This document shows positions 8,707-16,964 of a DNA stretch of 33,549 bases, piece by piece (the stretch's first letter is position 1; each line of letters starts with the position of its first letter). The stretch spans positions 1 to 33,549 of the forward strand of contig CAYRYG010000003.1 of the NCBI GenBank assembly GCA_964428465.1, in the 5' to 3' direction. The translations under genes were made by a program, and so were the position numbers. The notes beneath the pieces were generated by a model, which saw only the letters and a list, made by a program, of their open reading frames with translations, ran no database searches and was not told where the DNA came from. The DNA is from an uncultured Gammaproteobacteria bacterium. GTDB lineage: Bacteria > Patescibacteriota > Patescibacteriia > UBA9934 > GWF2-40-263.

Positions 8707-11157
8707 ATGTCAAAGCGAACCAACAAGCCGTTGCTCACGTGCGGGCTCCTGGTCAGCGGAGGCTTACTTGTGCTTCTCACGGTGAAGGGATTGGACATGG
8801 CCGGCGTGATCACGCTGAGGCCGGAGCCGGTTCTGCCCGACGGAATCCTCGCGCGCTCCGACGAGAGCCCGCGCGTGTACGTGATCGAGAACCGCGAGAA
8901 GCGATGGGTTCCCTCGCTCGAGATCTTTAACGCGCAGGGGTTCGACTGGGGCGAGGTACGCGCGGTCACCGAGGACGACCTTTCCACGCACGACGAAGGC
9001 GCGCCCGTCGACCTGTACACGGACATCGTGCTCGCGGGCGAGGAGAGCGTCCTTCCCGACCTCATCCCGCTCGCCGGTCGCGACCTGTTTCTCAGCCGCG
9101 AAAACGGACGGCTGCTGCTTCGATTTACCACCATGTTCTGGAACGCGGGCGACGCGGCGCACGAGCTCATCGCCTATCCGGAAAAGGACCTGAACGCGGA
9201 GGACGGGTACCTCGACACCTACCAGCACATCGTCCGCGCGGACGGGACCACCCGCGACCGCCTGTCCGGGGTGTTCCTGTGGCACGCGCTGCACAACCAT
9301 TATCATTACGACCAGTTCGCGGACTACGTGCTCACCTTCGTGAGGCCGACCGTCGCGAACACGGTCCCGCCGCCGACGACCACGCACAAGACCACCTTCT
9401 GCATGCGCGACGACGCGGCCATCGACCTCACGCTCCCGAACGCCTCCGCCGCCAAGCGGTTCTCCGTGTGCGGGAAGTATCGCCAGGGCGTGTCCGTGGG
9501 ATGGGCCGACCGGTACGGCAGCGAGCTTCCCGACCAGTACATCGACGTGAACGACCTCCCCGCCGGCATTTACGCGTTGTCGTTCGTGGTGGACCCGAAC
9601 GGGCGGTTCCTCGAGACCAGCGACGGGAACAACACGAGCGTGACGCTCCTCGAGCTCGATCCCGCGAACGCGACCATGAGCGTCATCGCCAAGGCCGCGC
9701 CGTTCGAGACGTCCGACAACGACTTCCCCGACGGGATGCTGATCCGGTCGGAGGGCGACAGCAAGGTGTACGTCACGCAGAACGACCAGAAGCGCTGGCT
9801 GCGCGGCGAGGAGGTGTTCCTGGCATACGGGTACGCCTGGTCCGACATCTACGTGCTTCCCGCCGGGACGACCGACGCGATCCCGGACACCGACGTGCTC
9901 CGCGCCCCGGACGGGTCGCTGCACGCCATTAACGACGCGGGCTACCGCCGGCAGATCCTGAACCTCGACGTGTTCGCCTCCTACGGCTGGTCCGACGACG
10001 ATGTCGCCTCGGTCAATGCCACAGAGCTCGCCTCCTACCCGCAGACCGACTACATCATGCGCGAGGGCGACACGGGGGTGTTCTCCATCCGGACCAAGCG
10101 CTACGTGGGCACGCTCGACTCGCTCGGCGCCGCGGAGGCCGCGTCCGTGCACGTGGTGAACCAGACGGACTTCAACGCCTACGGCATCACGGTGGTCGCG
10201 ACCGGCCTCAGCGTCCCGTGGGACATCGTGTTCCTGCCGGACGGCGACATGCTGGTCACCGAGCGGCCGGGAACCCTCCGCCGCATCGGCGCGCGCAACG
10301 CGAGCATCGACATCCCGGACGTGAAGCACTCGGGCGAGGGCGGGCTCATGGGCATCGCGCTCCACCCGCAGTTCGCCGCCAACCAGTACGTGTACCTGTA
10401 CTTCACCACCACGGACGGCAACCAAAACCGCGTGCAGCGGTTCCGGCTCGAAGGCGACGCGCTCGTTGAGGACAAGATCATCATCGACGGGATCCCGGCC
10501 GAGCTGTACCACGACGGCGGGCAGATCGCGTTCGGCCCGGACGGCTATCTCTACGTCACCACCGGCGACGCCAGCGACGCCGACCAGGCGCAGGACCTCG
10601 GGTCGCTCGCCGGAAAGACGCTGCGCCTCACCTCGGACGGCGCGATCCCGTCGGACAACCCGTTCGGCACCGCGGTGTGGTCCTACGGCCACCGCAACGC
10701 GCAGGGGCTCGCCTGGGACGCGAGCGGACGCCTCTGGGAAACGGAACACGGCCGCTCGGGCGCGCTTTCCGGATACGACGAGGTCAACCGCGTCGAGAAG
10801 GGCAAGAACTACGGGTGGCCGACCATCCAGGGCGACCAATCGCGCGACGGAATGGTCACGCCGGCGGTCAACTCCGGCGCCACCACCACCTGGGCGCCGT
10901 CCGGGATCGCGTACGCGGACGGAAGCCTGTTCTTCGCCGGGCTGCGCGGCTCCGCCCTCTACGAGGTCACCTTCGGCCCGAACGGCACCGTGGCGGGCGT
11001 CACGCCGCATCTGGAGGGCCAGTACGGCCGCCTGCGCGCCGTGGTGCTCGGCCCGGACGGCTACCTGTACGTCACCACCTCCAACCTCGACGGCCGCGGC
11101 ACCCCGCGCCCCGGCGACGACCAGATCCTCAAAATCCACCCGGACTTCTTCAAATGA
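8707..11157 (+). CDS. Membrane-anchored lysyl oxidase-domain / PQQ-dependent sugar dehydrogenase (GSDH) fusion with ~55-aa repeats
   Basis: N-terminal hydrophobic helix; LOX motifs WHALHNHYHY, KTTFCMRD, QGVSVGWADRY, DQYIDV and E..GNN; GSDH motifs PWDIVFLPDG, HDGGQIAFGPDG, SYGHRNAQG and NYGWP; start 8701 or 8707. Confidence 0.88.
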   Translation: MSKRTNKPLLTCGLLVSGGLLVLLTVKGLDMAGVITLRPEPVLPDGILARSDESPRVYVIENREKRWVPSLEIFNAQGFDWGEVRAVTEDDLSTHDEGAPVDLYTDIVLAGEESVLPDLIPLAGRDLFLSRENGRLLLRFTTMFWNAGDAAHELIAYPEKDLNAEDGYLDTYQHIVRADGTTRDRLSGVFLWHALHNHYHYDQFADYVLTFVRPTVANTVPPPTTTHKTTFCMRDDAAIDLTLPNASAAKRFSVCGKYRQGVSVGWADRYGSELPDQYIDVNDLPAGIYALSFVVDPNGRFLETSDGNNTSVTLLELDPANATMSVIAKAAPFETSDNDFPDGMLIRSEGDSKVYVTQNDQKRWLRGEEVFLAYGYAWSDIYVLPAGTTDAIPDTDVLRAPDGSLHAINDAGYRRQILNLDVFASYGWSDDDVASVNATELASYPQTDYIMREGDTGVFSIRTKRYVGTLDSLGAAEAASVHVVNQTDFNAYGITVVATGLSVPWDIVFLPDGDMLVTERPGTLRRIGARNASIDIPDVKHSGEGGLMGIALHPQFAANQYVYLYFTTTDGNQNRVQRFRLEGDALVEDKIIIDGIPAELYHDGGQIAFGPDGYLYVTTGDASDADQAQDLGSLAGKTLRLTSDGAIPSDNPFGTAVWSYGHRNAQGLAWDASGRLWETEHGRSGALSGYDEVNRVEKGKNYGWPTIQGDQSRDGMVTPAVNSGATTTWAPSGIAYADGSLFFAGLRGSALYEVTFGPNGTVAGVTPHLEGQYGRLRAVVLGPDGYLYVTTSNLDGRGTPRPGDDQILKIHPDFFK

Positions 11158-11176
11158 TGCCGAGGGGTCCAGAACC

Positions 11177-11205
11177 TTGACATTTCCGAAGGAATCAGTT
11201 AGGAT
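11177..11205 (+). promoter_or_regulatory. Sigma70-type promoter TTGACA-17-TAGGAT for the helicase gene
   Basis: Consensus -35 with a 17-bp spacer. Confidence 0.7.
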
Positions 11206-11261
11206 ACCTTCTGATTTGCCCCGTTTGGGGCCAATAGACTCGAGCCTCGTGTGTCAACGAT

Positions 11262-11292
11262 TAAGGTGACCCGTAGGAACCGGGTCACCTTA
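11262..11292 (+). promoter_or_regulatory. 12-bp perfect hairpin in the helicase 5' leader
   Basis: TAAGGTGACCCG / CGGGTCACCTTA with a 7-nt loop, ending 6 nt before the ATG. Confidence 0.65.
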
Positions 11293-11298
11293 TTTCGT

Positions 11299-12756
11299 AT
11301 GACCAACACCCAAAACCCCCAAAACGGGGGGTTCTACGGGCTTGGGATCGCGCCGAGCCTGCTCGACGTCCTGGCCCGCCTTAAGTACGTCACGCCGACT
11401 CCGATCCAGGAGAAGGCCATCCCGATCGCGGTCCAGGGACAGGACGTGATCGGCATCGCGCAGACCGGGACGGGCAAGACGCTCGCGTTCTCGATCCCGA
11501 TGCTCATGCGCCTCGCCGCCACCAAGGGCCGCGGGCTCATCCTGCTGCCGACGCGCGAGCTCGCGCTGCAGGTGGACGAGACGCTCCAGAAGATCGGCAA
11601 GCAGGCCGGCCTGCGCACCGCGGTGCTCATCGGCGGCGCGTCGATGCACCGCCAGATCGCGGACATCAAGCTGAAGCCGCACGTGATCGTCGCGACCCCG
11701 GGCCGGCTCAACGACCACCTCGAACAGCGGACGGTCACCCTCTCGGACGTGACCGTGCTCGTGCTCGACGAGGCGGACCGCATGCTCGACATGGGCTTCG
11801 CGCCGCAGATCAACCGGATCCTGAAGCACGTCCCGGCCAAGCGCCAGACCATGCTGTTCTCGGCGACCATGCCCCCGGAAATTTCCAAGATGGCCGCGCA
11901 GTACATGGCCATGCCGGTGCGCGTGGAAATCGCCCGCTCCGGAACGGCCGCGGAGCGCGTGGAGCAGGAGCTGTTCGTGGTTGAAAAATCCGACAAGATC
12001 CGCCTGCTCGAACGCCTGCTCAACGAATATCACGGCACGGTGCTCGTCTTCTCCCGCACCAAGCACGGCGCGAGCAAGATCGCGCGCATGCTGAAGAAGA
12101 TGGACTTCACGGCCGCGGAAATCCACTCCAACCGCTCGCTCAGCCAGCGCAAGGAGGCGCTCGAGGGGTTCAAGAACGGCAAGTATCGCATCCTCGTCGC
12201 CACGGACATCGCCGCGCGCGGCATCGACGTGACGGGCATCGAGCTCGTCGTGAACTTCGACCTTCCGGACCAGGCCGAGGACTACGTGCACCGCATCGGC
12301 CGCACGGGCCGCGCGGGTCTCACGGGCAAGGCGATCTCGTTCGCCACCCCGGACCAGGGCAAGGACGTCCGCGAGATCGAGAAGCTCGTCCGCACCCAGC
12401 TGAACATCACCAAGACCCCGGAACTTCCGGCCGCGCGCAAGCTCGATCTGTCGGACGACAGACCGGAGCGCGAGGAACGCCGCTTCGGCGGACGTTCCGG
12501 CGGCGGTCGCTCGGGCGGAGGCCGCTCCGGAGGCCATGCCCCGCGCGGCGGCGGCAGCGCCACGGGCAAGCCGCGCAGCACCTCGGTGCCGGGCGAAGGC
12601 GCCCCGCGCTCGTCCTATGACTCGGAATATCGCCGGGACAAGGGCGAGAAGGGCGGCCACGGCAAGCCGTCGCATGGCGGAGGCCGCTCCGGAGGCCACG
12701 GCGGACGCAAGCCCAAGATGGCCCCGCGCAAGTTCTTCGGCGGAATGGGGGTATAA
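11299..12756 (+). CDS. DEAD-box RNA helicase (RhlE-like) with an RG/GG-rich C-terminal tail
   Basis: Q motif TPIQ, AQTGTGKT, PTRELA, TPGRL, DEAD, SAT, ARGID and HRIGRTGR. Confidence 0.96.
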   Translation: MTNTQNPQNGGFYGLGIAPSLLDVLARLKYVTPTPIQEKAIPIAVQGQDVIGIAQTGTGKTLAFSIPMLMRLAATKGRGLILLPTRELALQVDETLQKIGKQAGLRTAVLIGGASMHRQIADIKLKPHVIVATPGRLNDHLEQRTVTLSDVTVLVLDEADRMLDMGFAPQINRILKHVPAKRQTMLFSATMPPEISKMAAQYMAMPVRVEIARSGTAAERVEQELFVVEKSDKIRLLERLLNEYHGTVLVFSRTKHGASKIARMLKKMDFTAAEIHSNRSLSQRKEALEGFKNGKYRILVATDIAARGIDVTGIELVVNFDLPDQAEDYVHRIGRTGRAGLTGKAISFATPDQGKDVREIEKLVRTQLNITKTPELPAARKLDLSDDRPEREERRFGGRSGGGRSGGGRSGGHAPRGGGSATGKPRSTSVPGEGAPRSSYDSEYRRDKGEKGGHGKPSHGGGRSGGHGGRKPKMAPRKFFGGMGV

Positions 12757-12757
12757 A

Positions 12758-12854
12758 AAAAGGTTTGACAGGTCAGACAGGAATGACACGTTTGACAGGA
12801 TACGATGGGTATCCTGTCTGACCTGTCTGACCTGCAAAACCTGTCAAACCTTTT
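12758..12854. repeat. Palindromic element with 4 x 9-bp units per arm, between convergent genes
   Basis: AAAAGG-TTTGACAGG-TCAGACAGG-AATGACACG-TTTGACAGG-ATAC-GATGG-GTAT-CCTGTCTGA-CCTGTCTGA-CCTGCAAAA-CCTGTCAAA-CCTTTT; may also act as a bidirectional terminator. Confidence 0.85.
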
Positions 12855-13638
12855 ATCGTTTCGCCCTCAGCAGCCCGGCGATCGTCCGATCGACCGCCTG
12901 GAGCGGCTCGATGGCGATCTCGTCCTGGATGTGCGCGCGGTCATGGTACTGGAACGGGTTGTCGAGGTCGCGGATCAACATGATCATGTAGATGAGCAGG
13001 TACGCGATACCCACCGTGATCATGATCGCCTCGGGAAGCGTCCCCATGTCGACGAACAGCATCGAGAAGATCACGACGGCCGTGAACAGCTCGGACACGG
13101 CGTACGCCGGGGCCACCACCGTCGCCTCGCGGATATTGCGCATGCGCACCAGCATGCGTCGGACGGACGCCACCTCCTGCTTCAGGCGCACCAGGAAGTT
13201 CGCCTGCGTGTGCGGCTCGAGCGTTGAGAACAGCGGCGCGTATCCGCGCAGGACCGCCACGACGTCGCGCGTGCGCTCCTTGTGATGGAACCACCGTACC
13301 ATCGACGCGATCGTTGTCCGCGTGTGTTCCAGGCACGCGACCGCGGCCTTCCGCGCGGCCGGCTTCTGACGCAGGACGTCGCACTCCTCGACGATCGAGT
13401 CGAGCGCAGCGGACATCTCCCCCGGGATCTTCTCGGCCTCCTTGTAATCCGGCATCGCGCCGGACAGGAGGAAACCGAGCAGGAACACGTCCGCGGCAAC
13501 GAGCGTCGAGAAATACGTGTTGAGCTCCATCACCTCGAGGCCGTGCTCCTGCGCGTACCATTTCGTCGCCCCGAGCAGCAGCGCGAACGGAAGGACGCGG
13601 ATGGTGAGGTGATGCTTTGAAAGAAACGTGCGAACCAT
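12853..13638 (-). CDS. Membrane protein, bestrophin-like/DUF4239-like
   Basis: Two TM pairs flanking a helical domain; C-terminal LIRDLDNPF. Confidence 0.65.
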   Translation of the reverse strand: MVRTFLSKHHLTIRVLPFALLLGATKWYAQEHGLEVMELNTYFSTLVAADVFLLGFLLSGAMPDYKEAEKIPGEMSAALDSIVEECDVLRQKPAARKAAVACLEHTRTTIASMVRWFHHKERTRDVVAVLRGYAPLFSTLEPHTQANFLVRLKQEVASVRRMLVRMRNIREATVVAPAYAVSELFTAVVIFSMLFVDMGTLPEAIMITVGIAYLLIYMIMLIRDLDNPFQYHDRAHIQDEIAIEPLQAVDRTIAGLLRAKR

Positions 13639-13657
13639 ATAGCATACATTCTATCAT

Positions 13658-14578
13658 ATGGCGCTCTGGACCAAACTTCTCCGGTGGTACGACACGCACG
13701 GGCGCGACCTGCCGTGGCGCAAGACGCGCGACCCGTACCGGATTTTGGTCTCCGAGATCATGCTGCAGCAGACGCAGGTGTCGCGCGGGCTGGTGTTCTA
13801 CGACCGATGGCTGGCGCAGTTCCCGGACTGGAAGGCGCTCGCCGGGGCGTCGAACGCGGACGTCATCCGCGCCTGGGCCGGGCTCGGGTACAACCGCCGC
13901 GCGCTGATGCTGCGGGATATCGCGCGACACGTGGTCGAAAGGGATAAGGGAAAAGGAGCAAGGAGCAAGGGCTTGGTTCCGGGGACGGAAGCAGAATGGA
14001 TGGAGATGAAGGGGGTTGGGCCGTATACGGCGGCGGCGATCTCGGCGTTTGCACTACGGCAGAGAACGCTTCCCGTGGACACCAACATCCGCCGCGCGCT
14101 CGGCCGCCTGCTCTTCGGGGTCCCCTACCCCCAGCCGGCGATCGACGACAGGATCCGCCGCGACATCGACCGTATCCTCCCCAAGCGTGGCCGGTTCTTT
14201 GACGTCCCGCAGGCATTGTTCGATCTCGCGACGATGCACTGCATGAAAGAGCCGACGTGCGCGACGTGTCCGATGCGCTCGGCCTGTTCGGCCGCACCAA
14301 AGTTCTTGTCGGGCAATGTACGCGTGCCGAAACAAATGGTGAAGAAGGCCGTCGAAACCAGGCATCGCGACAAGAAATTTCCCGACCGTATTTATCGCGG
14401 GCGCATCCTGAAGCTGGCGCGGGAATCGGGACGAATCCCGATTGCCGACATTGGCCCGAAGATCGATGCGTCGTATGTCGTGTCGCGTGACGCCGAGTGG
14501 GTGACGGCAATGGTCGGGCGGCTGGAAAAAGATGGGATGATCCGGCGCGTCGGCAGCGCGATCGTCCTCGCGCAATAA
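13658..14578 (+). CDS. mutY: A/G-specific adenine glycosylase, short form
   Basis: RDLPWR, SEIMLQQTQV, WAGLGYNRRA, HhH GVGPYTA, VDTN and a 4-Cys Fe-S motif; the C-terminal NUDIX-like domain appears absent. Confidence 0.9.
   Translation: MALWTKLLRWYDTHGRDLPWRKTRDPYRILVSEIMLQQTQVSRGLVFYDRWLAQFPDWKALAGASNADVIRAWAGLGYNRRALMLRDIARHVVERDKGKGARSKGLVPGTEAEWMEMKGVGPYTAAAISAFALRQRTLPVDTNIRRALGRLLFGVPYPQPAIDDRIRRDIDRILPKRGRFFDVPQALFDLATMHCMKEPTCATCPMRSACSAAPKFLSGNVRVPKQMVKKAVETRHRDKKFPDRIYRGRILKLARESGRIPIADIGPKIDASYVVSRDAEWVTAMVGRLEKDGMIRRVGSAIVLAQ
13939..13973 (+). repeat. In-frame 5 x 7-bp tandem repeat within mutY
   Basis: AAGGGAT AAGGGAA AAGGAGC AAGGAGC AAGGGCT. Confidence 0.65.
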
Positions 14579-14590
14579 AAAATCCGACCG

Positions 14591-15160
14591 CTAGAATGGG
14601 TCGGGAGGCATGGAGACGCGCACCAGGTTGCGGACGCGCTGGTTCTGCCAGACGGCGGACTTCACGCACTCGATCAGGAAATACCCGGGGATGACGATCC
14701 CGAGCGGGATCCCGACCCAGGCGTCGACGACGACGCAGAGCACGAGGTACGGGAGGTACAACGCGACGATCGCGAGGTCGAGCGGCAGGTGCCGCCAGCT
14801 CCGTTCCCGCGACTGCGCGAACCCGACCGTCCAGGGGGAGAGCTTGTGCTTCTCCCCGCGCGACACGGCCATGAGGTCTAGCGAGGTGACCGTCGGGATC
14901 ACGAGGAAGTAGAACACCATCGCGGTGGCGACGACCACGTGTACCGCGCTCGTCCGCATGAGCCAGTCGACGCCCGACAGGATACCCAGCGCCTGGAAGG
15001 TAACCAGCGTGACGCCGATCGAGATAAGCTGCCCGAGCGCGGCAAGCAGCTCGGCGATGGCCACGGCCGCGATGGGCCCGGCCTTGAACCACGCGCGAAT
15101 GCGCGCGAGGAACGGCTCGGACACGCGGTGAAAGAACCACTGGCGGATCGATTCGAACAT
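14591..15160 (-). CDS. Hypothetical integral membrane protein
   Basis: About 4 hydrophobic segments; GGAGG just before ATG 15160. Confidence 0.7.
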   Translation of the reverse strand: MFESIRQWFFHRVSEPFLARIRAWFKAGPIAAVAIAELLAALGQLISIGVTLVTFQALGILSGVDWLMRTSAVHVVVATAMVFYFLVIPTVTSLDLMAVSRGEKHKLSPWTVGFAQSRERSWRHLPLDLAIVALYLPYLVLCVVVDAWVGIPLGIVIPGYFLIECVKSAVWQNQRVRNLVRVSMPPDPF

Positions 15161-15202
15161 GGGGCCTCCGGAGCGGTAACCTACCAAACGAAAACCCGGG
15201 GG

Positions 15203-16006
15203 TCAACCCCGGGTGATTTCGAACGTGTCTTTTTGGGAAATCTGGTAATGCTTGGCCGCGGAGCTTCCCTGCACGACGAGCTCGACGAAGCGCGCGTCGC
15301 CGTACCCCGAGGATCCGACGATGAGGGCGGTATGGTAATCCGGGACCGCGCGGAGCTGCTTGTAACAGGTGGCCGCGATCGCCAGGCCGTTCAGGACGAA
15401 CTCGCGCTTGGCACCTTCCTCGAACTGGATGTCCCGCGGGAGCAGCGTGGTCTTGCAGTTGCCGAACGAGTCGATCCACCACACGCCCGGGCCCGCGTCT
15501 GGTATTTCCGAGAACGGGAGCACCTCGCACGGCGCGTCCTTGCTGTCCCACACGATGCGGGCGAGGCGCGGGAGGTAGTCGAAGCTGCGGAACTGGCTGG
15601 TCGCGGCGTGCTCCACCGTTGCCTCGTCGTATCCGCCGAACGCCATCACCTCGCGGATGTCCGTGACGTTCACGCGGTCGGCGAGCCCGAGCTTTTTGAC
15701 GAGCGAAAGCGTTTCCCCGTCGATGGTGCAGACCACCAGGACCTTCTTGAGCCAGAAATACCCGAACGGCGTGCCGTTCGGCCACTTTTCCTTCGCCCGC
15801 CCATGGCGAGGCGCGACGTTGACCGCGATGACGCCCTCGGCGTCGCCGGCCCCGTCGAGCACGTCGACGAGGTTCCCCGCGGCCTCGATGTCCGAGGACA
15901 CGCCGACGAAGGACACGTGCGTGCCCGGGAACAGCTCGGCGTAACGCGTTTCCTGGCGCGACTGGGCGTTGCCGTCGCGGCAGTCGGTGATGACGGTGAT
16001 AAACAT
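15203..16006 (-). CDS. SAM hydroxide adenosyltransferase / SAM-dependent halogenase family (DUF62)
   Basis: N-terminal ITVITD, QFRSFD, WWIDSFGNCKT and LIVGSSG..FVELVVQGSSAA. Confidence 0.8.
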   Translation of the reverse strand: MFITVITDCRDGNAQSRQETRYAELFPGTHVSFVGVSSDIEAAGNLVDVLDGAGDAEGVIAVNVAPRHGRAKEKWPNGTPFGYFWLKKVLVVCTIDGETLSLVKKLGLADRVNVTDIREVMAFGGYDEATVEHAATSQFRSFDYLPRLARIVWDSKDAPCEVLPFSEIPDAGPGVWWIDSFGNCKTTLLPRDIQFEEGAKREFVLNGLAIAATCYKQLRAVPDYHTALIVGSSGYGDARFVELVVQGSSAAKHYQISQKDTFEITRG

Positions 16007-16015
16007 AACGGGCGG

Positions 16016-16058
16016 ATCATACCCGAGAATTGACAAAACGTCAAGAAATCCGTATGAT
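16016..16058. promoter_or_regulatory. Symmetric overlapping divergent sigma70 promoters
   Basis: Plus: TTGACA(16030-35)-17-TATGAT(16053-58); minus: TTGACG(16044-39)-17-TATGAT(16021-16). Confidence 0.8.
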
Positions 16059-16076
16059 CGTCGGCCGGAGGAACCC

Positions 16077-16895
16077 ATGCCCGAACCCGAAGAGCCAGGC
16101 GAGGTGAAGCCCACGTGGGAATACACCAGGCTGGCGCGCCGTCATGCGAGCGATTCGCCGTACGGCTCCGCGGGAGGCGGGCCGAACGGCAGTTACCGGG
16201 GCCGACACATCATCGGCCGCAACTCCCGAGTCCTGGGCGGCATCTCCATGGTGGCCGGCCATCCCATCCTGATCGTGGTGTCGGAGGAGGACACGCACCT
16301 TCCCGCCGTCTACCTGGAGCTGACGGAGCGCCTGGCCAGCCGCAACGTGCGACGCATCCCGGACCTGCTCGCGGACGTGCACGCGCTCGTCCGCGAGAAG
16401 CTGCGGTACGTCCGCGACCTCAACAAGACCGTCCGGCGCGAGAAGAGCCCGGGCGGCGCGGAGGTGAAGCTCCCGCTCGCGTTCTACGTCGCGCGAGGCG
16501 AGGGCGTCTGCTGGCAGCAGGGCCTGCTCGCCGCGTATCTCGTCGAGAAGCTCATCGACGACGACGTGATCGGTGGATCCGTCTCCACCGACCGCAACAT
16601 GAAGCGGGACGTGCTGAAGGAATGGGCGGACTTCTCGACCGGCGAGTACGTTGGGCATCAGTGGACACGCTACACGGCGCCGGACGGGACAGTGTACGTC
16701 GTGGACCCGGCGCAGGACTACTGCGGCCGCCTCGTCGATGTCCCGCGCGACCGGCGCGGCTTCTGGCGCGACTACTTCCGGCCCGAGGACCCGATCCCCG
16801 CCCCTTCCCCGAAGGTTCCCTCGTTCTTCGACGAGCTCGACATGCTCGTCGCGGCCGGCATCGTGGCCGCGCTCGTCTGGAACCTCGTCACCTGA
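16077..16895 (+). CDS. Transglutaminase/papain-like Cys-His-Asp protein with a C-terminal TM anchor
   Basis: GVCWQQGLLAAYL, GHQW and VVDPAQ motifs; GGAGG SD; hydrophobic C-terminal tail. Confidence 0.7.
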   Translation: MPEPEEPGEVKPTWEYTRLARRHASDSPYGSAGGGPNGSYRGRHIIGRNSRVLGGISMVAGHPILIVVSEEDTHLPAVYLELTERLASRNVRRIPDLLADVHALVREKLRYVRDLNKTVRREKSPGGAEVKLPLAFYVARGEGVCWQQGLLAAYLVEKLIDDDVIGGSVSTDRNMKRDVLKEWADFSTGEYVGHQWTRYTAPDGTVYVVDPAQDYCGRLVDVPRDRRGFWRDYFRPEDPIPAPSPKVPSFFDELDMLVAAGIVAALVWNLVT

Positions 16896-16915
16896 CCCTT
16901 CATGGGGTCTTTTTC
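16893..16915 (+). terminator. Intrinsic terminator overlapping the stop codon
   Basis: TGACCCTTCATGGGGTCTTTTTC. Confidence 0.75.
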
Positions 16916-16964
16916 TTGTTTTTGTATCTTGTATCTTTTAATTTTTCCTCTATGCTTTAGTCCT

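Noticed and set aside
8676-9170. N-terminal extension of the ABC-F ORF to 9170
   Set aside because: It overlaps the divergent LOX-GSDH gene; ABC-F homology begins at VHPLLEVK
12514-12698. 23-bp direct repeat in the helicase tail (12514-12536 and 12676-12698)
   Set aside because: Explained by the GGRSGG low-complexity tail typical of DEAD-box helicases
12758-12854. Repeat arrays as a possible CRISPR or iteron region
   Set aside because: The units are 9 bp and contiguous with no spacers, and no cas or rep gene is present
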